From positions 62,001 through 125,346 of the forward strand of contig NW_020844919.1 in assembly GCF_003704095.1 (NCBI RefSeq): a DNA stretch of 63,346 nucleotides, written 5' to 3'. This stretch comes from Pocillopora damicornis. Lineage: Eukaryota. Both the position numbers and the translations under genes were made by a program. Below the pieces are notes generated by a model that searched no databases, had not been told where the DNA came from, and was given only the letters and a program-made list of their open reading frames with translations. The first letter of the stretch is position 1; each line of letters starts with the position of its first letter. Below, piece by piece: positions 12,652-25,994 of the stretch.

Positions 12652-15310
12652 AGCCGTTTTTAGGATTGCTGAATGATGTGGAATAGAATTCTACAGATTC
12701 TGTGCCAAGCATGGAAAAAAAAAGTTGACTCAAAGAGTTAGAAATATGTTTTCTCTAAGTTGAGAACACTCAATAATGGTATATTTATTTTACTTTTTAT
12801 CTTATTTATTATCACTTCAATTACTATGATCATCGTCAATATTATCACTTTTTTGATTGTATCCATTTATTTCAAAGAACACGATTTTTCTAAATAATCA
12901 TTTTATATCATTTTTTTCTAACAGAACGTCCCAAAGATGCGCTCATTTATTTAATTATATTCAATACGTAACCAGAAAATAAACAGCCTTGTAGTATCTT
13001 TATTTATTAAACAAATGTTATAATATTTCAGATAGTTTAAGTCAGAGTGATTAACTGGAATAAAGTGAATGAAAATGAAAACTAATTATGGTAATCATTC
13101 ATGCCGATTTCGGGAATATATAATCTAAATTGAAATTTGTGGTGAGTTCCTTTAGTCTATCGTAGGCCAATAAACACCAACATTGTGGCTTGTACAAATA
13201 TCTTATTTTGTTTGTAAACAATTCTGTCACCAGCTGACAAATTACAGCTCATTTTTTTACGGTTACTACACACCTTGACGGCTTCAATAAATCAGTGATC
13301 ATCGAAAACGGCGGATTCGCACAAATTATTCTTGTTCACTTTACTCCGATGAGGATTTCCGCATAGGCAATGGTGACGCCGGTCACTGCAACCAATATCA
13401 GTCCATTTTAAGCCCTACTCTGACACAGAGGATCAGACTACACAATTACACATAATGATTTGCGATGGAACAGTTTGCAGCAGGTTTTCTGCGCTTGGAC
13501 AGTTTCATTCTTTATTTCGGCTTCTTCTTCTCCCTTACGTATTTGCTATCATAGAAATCTAAAATCTTTTAGGCTGAGCGATTTTTCATTCAGCACAAAA
13601 CATTGTGACGTGTAATGTACCTTCACGCCTGACAGCTCAGCCAGATATGATGCGGATGTCCGCTGAAGGCTCTTCGTTATCAATATTCTCCGTATTTCTT
13701 CTTCAGTAAATTTAATCCGTTTAAAAGGAGCTTAACTTTCGCAATTTAGGTTTGAAATCATATAAAACGGAAGCGGTGTGTTTGGCTCGTTTGAACGGGT
13801 CAATATAAGCTTTGGCTGCTCCCAGTTATCTTGGAAGCAACGCCAATTCAATCTGAATTTAATCCGTCGTTCAAAGCCAAGGATTTAGAGGTTGAGATAT
13901 CTTGTGTCAGCGGTCGAGCTCGATCCTCGACACGAGGGTCGGCAGAGGTAAAGCGATTACAATTTTTGCCCATAGCCGCTTTTGGATGTATAATATCCCT
14001 GATGCGTGACGTGACATGTAATCTGATTTCCAGAAACTCTACCGTTGTTACTTACAATTGCATCAATGTTTCTAAAAAAAATGTCATAAAGAATTACGCT
14101 ATTTTATCAGATGTCCCCTCAGTTTCAGTAGGGATTCTTTACATCCTTCAGAATGTGCTAAATCGGATGCGTGACTGGGCAAGATATTATTTATGCAAAG
14201 GTATTTTCATCAAAGCAAAACATTTGACTCTAGGCATGTAACGCAATACACTAGCGTGCTTCCAATCGACTTCCTGTTATGTGTTTCCATAGATATCGGC
14301 CAAACCAACTTACATCGTCTATACAAACAAAAAAAAAAAACGGGGTTTGTTACTGTAAACGTCAATTGTGACTCTTGAGTAGTGTAATTTAACATTTGGA
14401 TCGGTTATTATGGTGAGTCATTGTGTCGCGTCATTAACCCGTGAGTAGATTGCTGTGAAACTAAAATTCTCCGGAACTTTCGGTCGCTGTCTTTGAATCA
14501 GTAATTTTTTAATAAAATGGAAACTTGGAGTAAACAATTCATGACATAAGGGCAGTGTTTACGTCAATGGCCTCTTCTATGGCTTTGCTTGAAGGGACAT
14601 GACAATCTGAAAGCCGCAGCGAAAGGACTTCATTTAAATTTTACTAGAGGGGGAAATAACCTGGCGGTTTCGTTAAGGCAGAGTTAAATCACCGAGTAAC
14701 ATTTTTTTAGCGAAGATCTAACGGGCAAAGTCAGCAAAATAATAACGTCGCGCGGTTTCAATCGTATCTTCTGACGCTGCCAGTAAGTACAAGTGCTATT
14801 TTTGCGGACGCAACCCGGTTTAGCTCGAAAGAATAGTTTAGTCACTCAATAAAATTAATTTGCCAGTAATATTGATAGAGATTGCAATCAAAATAACATC
14901 TAAAGAACTATTGCGCAACTGGAAAGTAGTTTCCCCTTCGAAGGACTCATCAGCGTGACATTGTAGCATTTTGGCGTGACGGAGGTTATGAATCATGATA
15001 GGCAGAAGAGTTTCACCACCGTTTAAGCTCAAACAAAGGGGTTTTCAGGACGTGAGTAATGGAGCAAATTTAAAATTTGCTGAAAACATAAAAAAGAAAA
15101 CCTTTTCTTTAACTTATACGTAATTATTACTTCTAAACTAACGATATTTCCTTAAAAGGCTTCTGTGTGGGAGGAAGATATAAGATTACAATACACGGAG
15201 CAGAAATATACACGGAAGAGGAAAATTCGTTCGGCGCTTCATTTGTTTTGGTACACAATCTATCAACTGAGTTAAAAATAAATCTTTTTTTAGATAATTT
15301 ACCAATGTAA

Positions 15311-15364
15311 GGGGTTTCCCTTAGCTGCAATAATGGCACACCCATTCTAGGGTGTCTTAAATAG
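15311..15364 (+). promoter_or_regulatory. Promoter of cytokine-like gene 2: NF-kB site and TATA-like element
   Basis: GGGGTTTCCC at 15311-15320, TTAAATAG at 15357-15364, ATG at 15469. Confidence 0.55.
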
Positions 15365-15468
15365 GATGGCAGAAACTTCGTTTGCAATACTTTAGAATCA
15401 CCTTGGATTTCGTTGACTAAAACGACTGGCCAACACTTTTAGCTCCTCACAGCAGCATATTCGGCGAA

Positions 15469-15492
15469 ATGAATTTAAGGAAGCTTCTCTTG
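15469..15492 (+). CDS. Cytokine-like gene 2, coding micro-exon 1 (MNLRKLLL)
   Basis: ATG...TTG|GTGAGT phase-0 donor. Exon 2 has no ATG before its hydrophobic stretch, so an upstream exon is required. Confidence 0.75.
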
Positions 15493-16560
15493 GTGAGTAA
15501 ATGTAATTGAACTGAGAGAACTTTACAGGATGGTCGATGATTCATTCGTTAGCTAGATTAGAGCCTGTTGATAAACTCTTGTAAACAGAATGTTTAAACC
15601 TTCATTCGCCGGCCGTATTTAGTCAAAGTTTTCCGGCTGAACGGCAGAGGCTTATTTTGATTTTCCTTGAGCCTGTCGTTCGAAAGAAGGCCCGAAAAGT
15701 TTAGTCCAAATATGACATATCCTTTTTCCGTTTTTGCAGGTTGCAAGTGAGGTTTATGTTTTTTTCTTTCATGAGTTTTTATGCACTTCTCTGAAAAACC
15801 GTTCATGAATAAGATCTAAGTTAAATTGTAATAATTGATTTAACTCCGCGCTTAATGTGCTTCGCTGAAGCGTACTAGCCTAAGAGATTAGTGGACGATA
15901 AAATCAACTTGATTTTGATCAGCTACTACGCTAATCGAAGGCCAAAGCTCACGAAGTTGTCCTTAAAATCACTGAAATCGTTAGAAACATCAGGATAGTC
16001 CGAAATATCATTCAAATATTCAATTGGTTTACGATATGAGTTGTATTCACTCAATTACGGCACTTATTTTTACTAGAATTCATTTTAATTCTGCTAGAAT
16101 AATAATTTTGGTTGAGTCGACATTCACAGTTAGCAAATTATACCGCTTTATGCTTCCAGCCCTTTCCATGGTTTAACTGTTCAGCGCTAAACGTTTGGAA
16201 GCCTCTAATGACTAACTTTCACGATAAAAGGTATATCTTTCAGTAGACTTAATTTCCATGATATTAGCTCCGCTCGAATAGTTCCATTGCATATGATAAT
16301 TGTCTGTTTCTAATCTGTTTGTCCAAACACATTGTGTCGTTCCCGAAGTGGACCGTATTTCCAGGCTTTTGATCAGGCGATTACATCTTCCCATTTGCTT
16401 AAAAGGGATCGTCTACACCTTTATAAAACAATCTTGTATAGGCTATTTGTGGTTTTAATAATCTCCATCTCATTTGTTAAAGAATCTCTTAATTTATTAA
16501 GCTGGATGAGAGGAAATCAAAATCTAAAGTGCCTCATCATTTTCACCATATAGGCTTTTT

Positions 16561-16583
16561 GTTGTTGTTGTTGTTGTTGTTGT
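16561..16583. repeat. (GTT)n microsatellite
   Basis: gttgttgttgttgttgttgttgt. Confidence 0.9.
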
Positions 16584-16799
16584 TTAGCTTTTTTTTTAGT
16601 TTTGTTTGATGTAAATTGTTGGAATGTTGACAATTTGTTTGCCTAGGTTGTCGAAAACGCATGCGCAGTCTATACAACTAACAACTTTTCAATTCCACTT
16701 CACGCACCGCATGATTAACTTTTACTCCCCTGCGTAGAAGATGTACTGTAAATGTTAGACTGATGATAAGGTTAATAAGACATAACTTGTTCCTCACAG

Positions 16800-17240
16800 A
16801 TTCCTGGCTTGCTGGCCTCTTTTGTTATTACATTACTGGCAGGGCCATTGCCACAACCATGTGGTAAAAAAATGTACCCTAAAAAGGTGCTGCGACGTAT
16901 ACTGAAGGAGAAACGCTTTATGATCATGGAAAACGCCATGGCTGAGGCAGACGAATCAGGCCTTAAGATACCGCTACTAAGAAAAACACGCTCTGCCTCG
17001 CCCATAATGCAGGGGGCATCTCCCTGTCAATGGCAATGGCGGTCTACAGACCGACCAAGTGAAATTCCAAGGTTTTTAAGAGAGGCACATTGTCCAAACT
17101 GCGACCATTACTGTACCGCCATAAAGTACACAGTTAAAGTTTTGGTCCAAGATAAGTGCGACCCAAAAAGCGGCTTACCAATCTGGCGATGGAAGGAACG
17201 TGAAATAAAAGTTGGGTACTTTTACAAGGGAAGCAGATAA
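16800..17240 (+). CDS. Secreted IL-17/Trunk-like cystine-knot-superfamily protein 2, exon 2 (154 aa spliced)
   Basis: Acceptor cctcacag at 16799. Signal peptide, QPCG, furin-type RKTR, then SPCQWQW..DRPSEIPRFLREAHCPNCDHYC..KYTVKVL...KCD..WRWKE..VGYFY. Confidence 0.82.
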   Translation: MPGLLASFVITLLAGPLPQPCGKKMYPKKVLRRILKEKRFMIMENAMAEADESGLKIPLLRKTRSASPIMQGASPCQWQWRSTDRPSEIPRFLREAHCPNCDHYCTAIKYTVKVLVQDKCDPKSGLPIWRWKEREIKVGYFYKGSR

Positions 17241-17980
17241 AACGTAAATTTGTCTACTTATGTGATCAACTGCTCAAGTCTCCTGACGGTGGAAATGCAC
17301 ACGTGAGCATTCAGGCGAAGAGAATCAAGGGAAGTAGTCCAAAATCACTATTTTGATGAGGACAGAGATTTTTCAAGTGATATTCATGAATAGAAAGTTT
17401 ACTTAACGAATATAAGAAACTCGTATTTTTGGCTGCAGTGGGTATTACCCGGCCTGATCAGTCAATTGAAATCTATATTGAGCAATCACCTATATCAAAA
17501 ATGGTTTAGGGAAAATGTTTTTCAAGCACATGATCGATTTGTTATCTCTGATAATCACACGATCGCCGATTTCCATTAGTTTTTTTCTTCAATTTATCAG
17601 TCTTTCTTAGAAAAACTTTCAACGTTTAGCCGCCGTCAGGATATATGTTCTTTTAAAGCTAAGAATGCTCTGTCTACAAGAAGGTGATTATGGCGAGGTG
17701 TGATAATAGTTTAATATCTCAGCGAGGTCTTTTTGACTTTGACTAATATATTTTCAATGATCAGTCAGTTAAATGTAAAATTATTTTGGATCAATATCAG
17801 TATTTTATTTTATTTCTTTCTTTGATCGATTTCAATTGATTTTCAGGTCGGGTTTACTGAGTTCAGCATAGTTATCACTTATAAATAAATTATATAAATT
17901 TCGTTTCAAATTATCAACAAGAGTGCGAGATATACCCAGTTTGTATAGTGTGAAGATGAAACAAATAACAAGTATTTATT

Positions 17981-18303
17981 AGTGACCAGTCATATTTATC
18001 ACCCGTGAAGGATGGGGGGAGCAGAGGGGTAGGGGTAGGGGTAGGGGGAGTAGAGGGCTAAGGGTAAGGGTAAGGGTAAGGGGAGCAGAGGGGTAGGGGT
18101 AGGGGGAGTAGAGGGGTAGGGGTAGGGGTAGGAGTTAGAAGAACATTACATAGCCTTGGTAGGGGATCAGGTAACTGTCAAGAGGGCGGGGGGAGATTCA
18201 TGAGAATATTACAGAGACTTATCGAGGGATCAAGTACATATTATCGAGACACAACTAGAGTTCCCCGCCCCTCCCCTCCCGGTGATTAATATTGACCGAT
18301 CTT
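17981..18303. mobile_element. TIR element (MITE) with an internal (GGGGTA)n tract
   Basis: TIRs agtgaccagtcatatttatcacc / ggtgattaatattgaccgatc; G-rich repeat at 18026-18130; a partial relative lies at 26641-26784. Confidence 0.65.
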
Positions 18304-18746
18304 TTATATGTCACAAAGTTTGTATACGTAGTCACAATGTGACAGCATCATAACGTAGGAATTTTCCCTTCTTTCTGTCTCAGTTTTCAAAGTTTTTATT
18401 GTATAATAATTTATCCATATCTAATTTATTGATAAAGATATATAAATTTTAAAGTATATCATTGAGAGATATTTATTATGTCTTGATCAAACACATATAT
18501 TGCCGATTATTTAAATGAATGAAATATTTTTTTAACTTTATATCGATCTAGAGTTTTTTCATGAACTAAGTTTTTTTCGCCAATCCTTATCACTGTGAAT
18601 GGCACTATGTTGTAAAAAAAAATGCATATTTCTGTAATAAAATACTTTTTTTTGGTCACTCAATTTGTTTGAAGTTAAAAGGCATCAGAAAACTATTTTA
18701 AACAATAGGCGGTTTGAAGTTAGCTAGAACTAACATTTGATCATGT

Positions 18747-18962
18747 AGTATGACCGTCCAGGTGAGGGGAGTCCCGGGAAAGACTGTAGTAGTTACTGAC
18801 GTTTGGTAAATCTTACCAGAAGTCATCGTCACGGAGTTAAACATTTTGTAGGTGGCCACAAGGAGAAATCCTGACTCTGATAATGACTTCTGCTAACTTT
18901 GTGAAAACGTCAGCCATTACAACCGATGGCAGTCCTCCCCAGTGCTACTCTCAGCCGGGCGC
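18747..18962. mobile_element. Palindromic Penelope-associated-type repeat, degenerate
   Basis: Inverted arms actgacgttt..agaagtcatc / ataatgacttct..aaacgtcag, with flanks ccaggtgag..agtcc..gactg / cagtcc..tactctcagccgg; decayed CTGA..GAAAC hammerhead-like core. Confidence 0.5.
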
Positions 18963-19339
18963 GCGGAGCACATGATCAAGAAACTGGATCAAAGGACGTA
19001 ACGCCTACTATGTCAGAGGTTCAGCGCACCAAACTCTGAGCCACCGTGCCTTACACGACTTACAAGGCACTGAAAATCCCACCATTTCCTAAGCCAGTTG
19101 TACATGACTGGAGTTAGTGGGAGAAAATTGTTGTAACTCGCGAAGCAACTGAGGATCATATGGGAGTTTAAAAAAACCTACAACTGATTAATCATGGCTA
19201 ATTTTCCTAGTCTGAGCACATCATTTTCTCTGAGCCACCAGATTGGTTGATTTCTGTTGTGCAAATTGGAAAAAATTCGGCTTTATGATAACAGTTGTAA
19301 ACAAGTAATGGCGTTCAGAATGGTATAACATGTCAAGGG

Positions 19340-20181
19340 CTACTCCAGAGCTTTGATCTCCTCGACAGCTTTCCTCAACGACTTAATGCATATCACAAGC
19401 TCCTCTTTCGTTTCCAATCGTTGCAGGCCCAGACCTAAAAGCTTATTCAATGCGTCCATAAGGCGTGCTTTCAAAACAGCATTACCGTTGCTCCCTTGAT
19501 TTCCTCTCATCGCGCCATAAGGGTTGTCGCCGACGCTCTGTGTCATCGGTGCACTACAGTTGGAAACGTCCACATTAGTAGAGAAGGGGTAGGTATTGAG
19601 CTGAACTGTTCCCCCACGAATTTCTGCATTGGCAGCTTGCGTGGCTTGACAGCTCTGAAAACTCCTGTCTGGAAGAAGAGAGGACATACCTTGCTGTTGC
19701 TTCCCTGTATATTCTTGCACATCTACTTTTTCCGCAAGTAAAGGAGTGAACGTTTTCTGAATCTTCGTCGTTATCGGACCCTCTTCGGAAGCAGAAAGAG
19801 GTCCTGTGGAAGCATCGAGCCGGGTGGTTGTCAAAGTAACCGTTTCGTTTGCACCAAGGTGGTTCCTACTTTGCTCCAGACGTGAAGATTTCACAAACGG
19901 CGCAGAGCTGGTTGGTGAAACAAGAGGATGTCCCCTCTTCTGTTGATCAGTTGGATAGGTGTAAGTCCTGAGCCTCAATGGAGACGAGAATTCATTTGCT
20001 GATGCTGTGCGATTGACAGCTGTCTTTCCACCTACAAATCCACAAAAGTTTTTCTATTTTCAACTTTTATAAACGTAACTTAGTTTGTTAGAGCTAAAGT
20101 AAGAATATTATTTTCTGCTTTTAAGGGGCTCTACAATAATTATCAGTACGGCGGAGGGCGNNNNNNNNNNNNNNNNNNNNN

Positions 20182-20223
<42 letters not shown>

Positions 20224-21497
20224 AGCTGCTGAAAAGCTGACTGAAGGATTCAAATACCCAACTATCTTACTAAAATGATATTCATTACTTTTTGGGACTG
20301 ATTTGATATGAATAAACATAGTGTATATGCATAAAAATTTAACAAAGAGCTAACAGTAATTAATAATTGTTTTGAAGCAGTTTTTAAGGTCCTCAATCAG
20401 ATGGCCATAAGTTAACATGGTGCCCCCCTCTTTATACCACCCCCCCTCCCCCCCCACCCCCTTCTCCTGATAATTATTGCACAGTCCCTAATCGGTCAGA
20501 AATGGGCGGAAATTTCAAGTTTTTAACACAGTTTTGAGGGCATTACAGAAAGCAACCCTGCTTACATGTCGAACTATTTTAACACGCTAATAAAAAATTC
20601 AAATTTCGAAACCAAGAAACAAACATTTCTTTATTCCGACAGGAAATAACTTCGTGGTCATTAGATTTTCCCTTTTTGCATGACGTTGTTTAAAAATTGA
20701 TGAACCCACTTTTATGTGCTGTGTCCTTTTCTTTCTTAGCTACGAATTCTTCAATTTTAAATTTCCTGAGGTTTCCGTATATCAAATCGTTGCCTTTACG
20801 CAGGGCCCACCAAGGCAGCTAACAACAGTTGCGAATTCATTACCAATGTGGCTACTCAGTTTGAAATAGATTATCATCACTTTAATCAGGACCTTTGATA
20901 GGCATTCCTGTTTAACATGCATATATACTTAAACTACATCGTAGTCTTGCAAATTCAATTCTTTCATATTTCAATTCGAATAACTTTCATAGAGTAAGAC
21001 TTTACAAAATGATGCTTTAAATCACCTTTTAAGTCGCTACTATTCACCGAAGAACAGCTGTCGATGTGATGAGGTGCGCTCATTTTCCTTACATTCTTGG
21101 AGGGAGAGGAGTTTGGTGTGACAAGGTCATTCCTTTCGTCATCGGTAACAACTCTTCTTTTCCAATGCTGGCTCTTGTCCAAGGTGTTGCTGTCCGCCAT
21201 CTGAGACGCCACGAACTCTTTAAGTTTTTCTTCCATGCAAAAGGGTATGCAGCAGTAAACGTCATCGCACGATTCAGCGTGTTTTTTAGCGAGGTTTTTC
21301 ATGCGTTGGCACACCTGGCACTGGGTCTTTTTGCAGCCCTGTGTGTGTTTCATCGTCAACTTCATGTTCACACAATGTGGAAGTGGACACTCGGGGTTCC
21401 AACAATTTAAAGTGTGTTCTAGAAGTTCTAGGGAACTTTTAAACCGTCCTTGTACGGCAGCTGCATCTTTTGTGTTTGTGGTTTCCTGTCCTGCCAT
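19340..21497 (-). CDS. Stand-alone TAZ2-type zinc finger protein 1 (CBP/p300-like fragment, no HAT), 2 coding exons, 387 aa
   Basis: Exons 21497-21026 and 20031-19340 join in frame across a phase-1 GT-AG intron. Three complete HCCC sites (HTLNC..C..C, HTQGCKK..C..C, HAESC..C.IPFC) resemble CBP TAZ2 (HACQC, HTKGCKR, HAKHC..CPVPFC). The C-terminal helical motif is shared with the three paralogs. Confidence 0.85.
20125..20488. mobile_element. PIF/Harbinger (Tourist)-like MITE in the intron of TAZ gene 1
   Basis: TAA-ggggctctacaataattatcag ... ctgataattattgcacagtccc-TAA; contains poly-G/poly-C tracts and a small gap. Confidence 0.7.
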
Positions 21498-23224
21498 TAT
21501 GACGTAACTCGCGACGATCTAGAAAAGCCAAATCCATTGTGAGTTATTGAGGTCCCCTAAGTTTCATATTTTTTCGGATACGTCTGATTTCCCTTGATGT
21601 TCGTGATTGTTGCCCCTAAATCTACCAATGAATCAGCTTATCCAATTTCAAATAAAGAAATAAATAAGCAAATAAGTGGATCAATACATAGCATTAAGCG
21701 TGTTAGCGTCTGATCACTCGTTGACAAAAAAAAGCCGCTTGCAACCTATCTATAAAGGTTTTCGTCAACAACTTACAAGTCAGTTTCCGGTCGAATCTCA
21801 AAACATTTCTCAGAAACATCATCATCTTATTCGACACAACGCAAACCTTACGGACATGTTTCCCATGCTAGAAATAGATTGACGCTTATCGGAAAGAAGA
21901 ATTTCTTGAAAGACTTTCTTTTCAAAGCGAAAATATCTTTATGTAGTAGAAACGTAGTTATTTCCTACCTAGAAGATGACTATATTTACAAATATTTCTG
22001 ACAAAGCTAAACCGCTGTCTCATGAACTATACTTCCACAGTTTGGCTAGCTAGAGTTTAACTTTGAGACTCCCGACAAGGATTTGTAGTTTTTCACAAAC
22101 GAAAATGAGCTAGGAAAGTATAAACTTTCAAATTACCGGAAACAATTATCGCTTCCAAGAAGGAACCTAGACCATAAAATGCTTTTAAAGTTAAAACAGA
22201 ATTTCTTTACGACTCTGCAAAAGACACAAGATCGTGTTTGAGGTACCTCCCGTCACTAACATTTTTTATTTGTAAGGCTACGGTCTAAAGCCAGGAAAAA
22301 AAAACTAGAAGTTATAATATTCGTGGTGACTGTGAATAAGTTGACAACTGCGTGGGATTTGTAGTGTATTGTTATTCATGCCTGGTTTAAAACAATGGCT
22401 CGCTCGCTCGCTCAAGACACGCAATTCTTGTTTGCCAATTTTAAAAATTAAAACAGATTCAGCTACCATTTTCGAACATACACCCATACAGCACGCCCAA
22501 GAACATCGTCCGTCTCAAGTAATATCCACCCCGCCCCTTTGAGCTTGGAGCAGCACGTAACAATTACACGTAGGAGGTCGATCGGATACTTGAAATTTAA
22601 AATCGTTCAATCGAAAAAAGACTTGAATATCACCGAACTATCGATCCTCTTGCTTTAAGCGTCGAATTTCAAAGCATTCTTCACCATCGAAGCTGGATCT
22701 ATATGAACTATCTTTTGATCACGAGAGCGAGTTAACGAGCTCAATAAGTCTAAGAGGGTATCTGCACTGCCGGAGAGAAAATTTTCTCTTAACCAGACGT
22801 AATCGACGCATGAGATCGTCACGATCATGCAATATTTGTCAAGTGAGATTATTTTACAGATCTGAGGTAGATTTACCCCACGGCGATCAAATTCGGACGT
22901 TTGCCAGCCCGGGCTAAGATGTAAACAACCGTTGTTTTTTAGCGCGAGCTAAACAAGCCAGCACATGATACCCGCAAAAAGTTGCAAGCAGTAGGGTTAA
23001 ATAATTTTTCACTGAATAAGAGCCCAGTTGCAATCACAGTTAAAGCGAAACGAAGATAGATAATAAGGTATTACAAGGCACTGAGAGATGTGAAGACAGG
23101 CTTACCTTCTGATTGCTGATATCAAACTCCAAATTTGGCAAACGGGAATACACACCTTTAGGATGAATGTTACCTGCTCGAGAAACTGAAGAAAGACCAC
23201 TCGTTCAGCGTTTGTAAGCTTTTT

Positions 23225-23335
23225 TTTTATAGGCACCCTCTCTTATTGTTGAGGCATATAGCGATATCTGGTTGTTAAAAATGCGGAATTTTCGAATGAG
23301 CAATTCCGAGCAATTTACTTCCGGGGTATGACTCA
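23225..23335 (-). promoter_or_regulatory. Candidate promoter of TAZ gene 1 (TATA, kB-like, ETS, AP-1)
   Basis: Minus-strand TATAAAA at 23231-23225; GGAATTTTC at 23285; ACTTCCGG at 23317; TGACTCA at 23329-23335. Minus-strand donors near 23172 and 23105 and an acceptor at about 21519, just before the ATG, imply a non-coding first exon. Confidence 0.45.
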
Positions 23336-25994
23336 CACGCACCAACCGGTTCCGTTTTACAGAGACTGACCTTAAATTTTAAAATGTCGAACTTCCATTG
23401 TCTAAATATATGAAAGAATATGGTTAAAATCCTGGTTTCTTGGTCCACTCACATCAACCTCTTATTTCCACAGTGCCACTATCCGAAATTGATTCAGAAT
23501 GCAGGTAGATTTCGTTGCATGACGATTCTATAACAAGCCCACAAAATTAATTGCGTGGGTGTATACTTTTCTTATAGTCATAGATGTTTCAGATATCTAA
23601 GCTTTTGTTGTTATGAATCTTACCCTTATTATGCTCTGAGGAAGGGCTTCGCCGGGTAATAAGTTTGTTATTATCTACTCTTCCATGAACCCACGGTCTT
23701 TCCGAACTCCATATAGTTTCGGAACTGATCTGGTTTCTCCGTAACTTACACCAATTTCCTTTGTCCCCGGGAGGTTGGATAAATTGGATCTCGACTGTTA
23801 TTGTAATGGTTGCTGCGGGGCGTTTACACGTGCCTCACATCCTTTGCCAGTCCTATCGCGTGAAGCAGTCAGGCTGAAAGCTGCAACGAAAATGTAACGT
23901 AATTCGTTACAGTTTTCCCTTAAGAAAAGGAAAATACAATCTAAGAATTTATGCTAGGTAAAGACCAACGAAAGCCGAGTAGGCCTACTCTTTTTATCTG
24001 TTTTAAATCAATTCTTTTTCTGGTCTGATTCACTAAACTCAAGTTACTACTTCAACTGAAATACTAACCCTTCCGAATGGTGCGTGGTTTGAGCCGAAGC
24101 TAACGTGACAGGGATGACTAAATATAACCAAAATTCGCCCACAGGAAGTGAATTTAGTTTCATCTTTAGATGATAAAACCTGTTCGCAACCTATAACTTG
24201 CTTTTTGCAAGGGTAATTTCAATATTTACGCTAAGAAATTTTTTCGTTCAAAAGCTTATGTTTGTTTTGTTTGTTTTTTTTGCGGGAATTTTTTCAAATG
24301 GGATAAATGCAGATGCTGGTGACGCGTCACTTGTCGATACAAATTAGGTTGAGCCGGGTCGGATGCGTCTAGAAAAATAAAGTGAAGTGTTTTTGTGGTT
24401 CTCGAGAGCCAATTAACGTAAGACGTGAAATTAAGTTTTCTTTAAACAGAAGTTCACACCCTAACTAGAGTAAAACAGCTAACCAACGAAATTGATTCCA
24501 TCAATTCACCTCCAATATTTTTTCCTTTAGAACGCTACTGAAAGCGAAGTCATCATGGCACGGCTGAAAGGCCGTGCAACTCTAATATTTAGCCAACTGC
24601 TGGGCAATCATGCAATATTGACTTTTGGCATGGAACGGTCGAGTCACTGTTCTTCCCTTGTTACGTATTGGGATAATAGTGAAAACTTTGTAACCGAACA
24701 AATGGAGCACAACGGTTTCCAATCTACCGTCTGCGATCGATCTACTCAAATATTTCGTATGCTTGGCCTCCTTTTTTTTTTTTTCTGGGCTTACTGTCGC
24801 CCCTTTGCAGTTTTTGCCGAATCACTGAACCAATATTGTACATTTTCCTCCAAACTGGTAATGTTTGCAAATATAAAGCTAGTCGAAATTTTGTGACGCA
24901 AATGTGTAGCTCCTAAAGTCCGGAAAAGAGGGTGGCTTGCAAGTTCGTTTTCTTACCCGCCCAATATCTTTCACCTTGGCATTCTCCTTCTTCACCTAGT
25001 GCTAGAGCTGCGCCCCTCTTGTTAGAACCGAAGTTTTGCCCTTGAAACAAACAAAGGGAAAAAAAATATTCTATGTCGTTCCATACACCATTCTGCATGA
25101 CAAGAAAATGATTTTATCAGTCTGCGATTGAAACGGTCGGGCGATATTGAACGTATTTGCTGATGCTTTGTCAATTATTAAATGAATAAATAGCGCGGCC
25201 GTAAATTAGCAGCTAAATACTAGTCTACTGAAACTGAAATCTGCTTCAAATTTTTACTCAGTGATGCAGTTAATTGTAACCGTTGTTCGCTTTTCTAAGG
25301 TAAGATCACGTAAAAGAACTATTCAGTCTTACAACTTCACTGGGTCAAAGAAGGAAAGAGCTGGATTTGATCTACCTTCTTAAAACAAAACCCTGAACCT
25401 TGTCTGCTTTATCCATTCTTTACTTTTAAAGAATAACCTTCGATCGAAAATACGCCCCAATTGAATTACCATAATAACTCAGTGAAATCTTCCTCTAAAT
25501 CTAATTTAGTAAAATACGTGACTGAAATGCAAATTATTTATGGTCTGGTGGGTGTTGTCATGGGAGTGAGCTTTGATGTACTTCCCCAGCGCAAGCGACA
25601 TTCGTTTGAGATTCTTTTAACCTGACTGAACATTTACAACAATTAGGTCAACGATTTTTCCGATTTATCCTCTTTTTGATGGCTTTCTTTACTTTTTAAC
25701 GATAACTGGCGGCAAGAGAAAATCAAGGGATTTTTTCTTAGTAGCGGTCCAATTCGAAATTATTAAACCCAAAAGACACAGACGGACATTTCGGATGTCG
25801 GAGAATACTTTCATAGTAGGCAGGGCACGGGATCAAAATTACTACCAAAAGTAGCGACAAGAAGGTCATTAATATTATTCAGTTTGAATTATCCCTTGGA
25901 AAGACTTTGATCTTCGCTATATTTTGAGGTACGTGTCGTGAGTAAAAAAGGAAAAAATGCACTAGAAAGGAGTTCCCAACTGAGGACGCCTTAA

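Noticed and set aside
13340-13720. Coding-looking minus-strand stretch (EEEAEIK..TCCKLF..GLILVAVTGVTIAYA)
   Set aside because: Multiple stops and no recognisable family; checked as a possible fifth cytokine or TAZ remnant and it does not match.
13831-14241. 136-aa + strand ORF between cytokine genes 1 and 2
   Set aside because: Non-ATG start, no motif, no family resemblance and no splice support.
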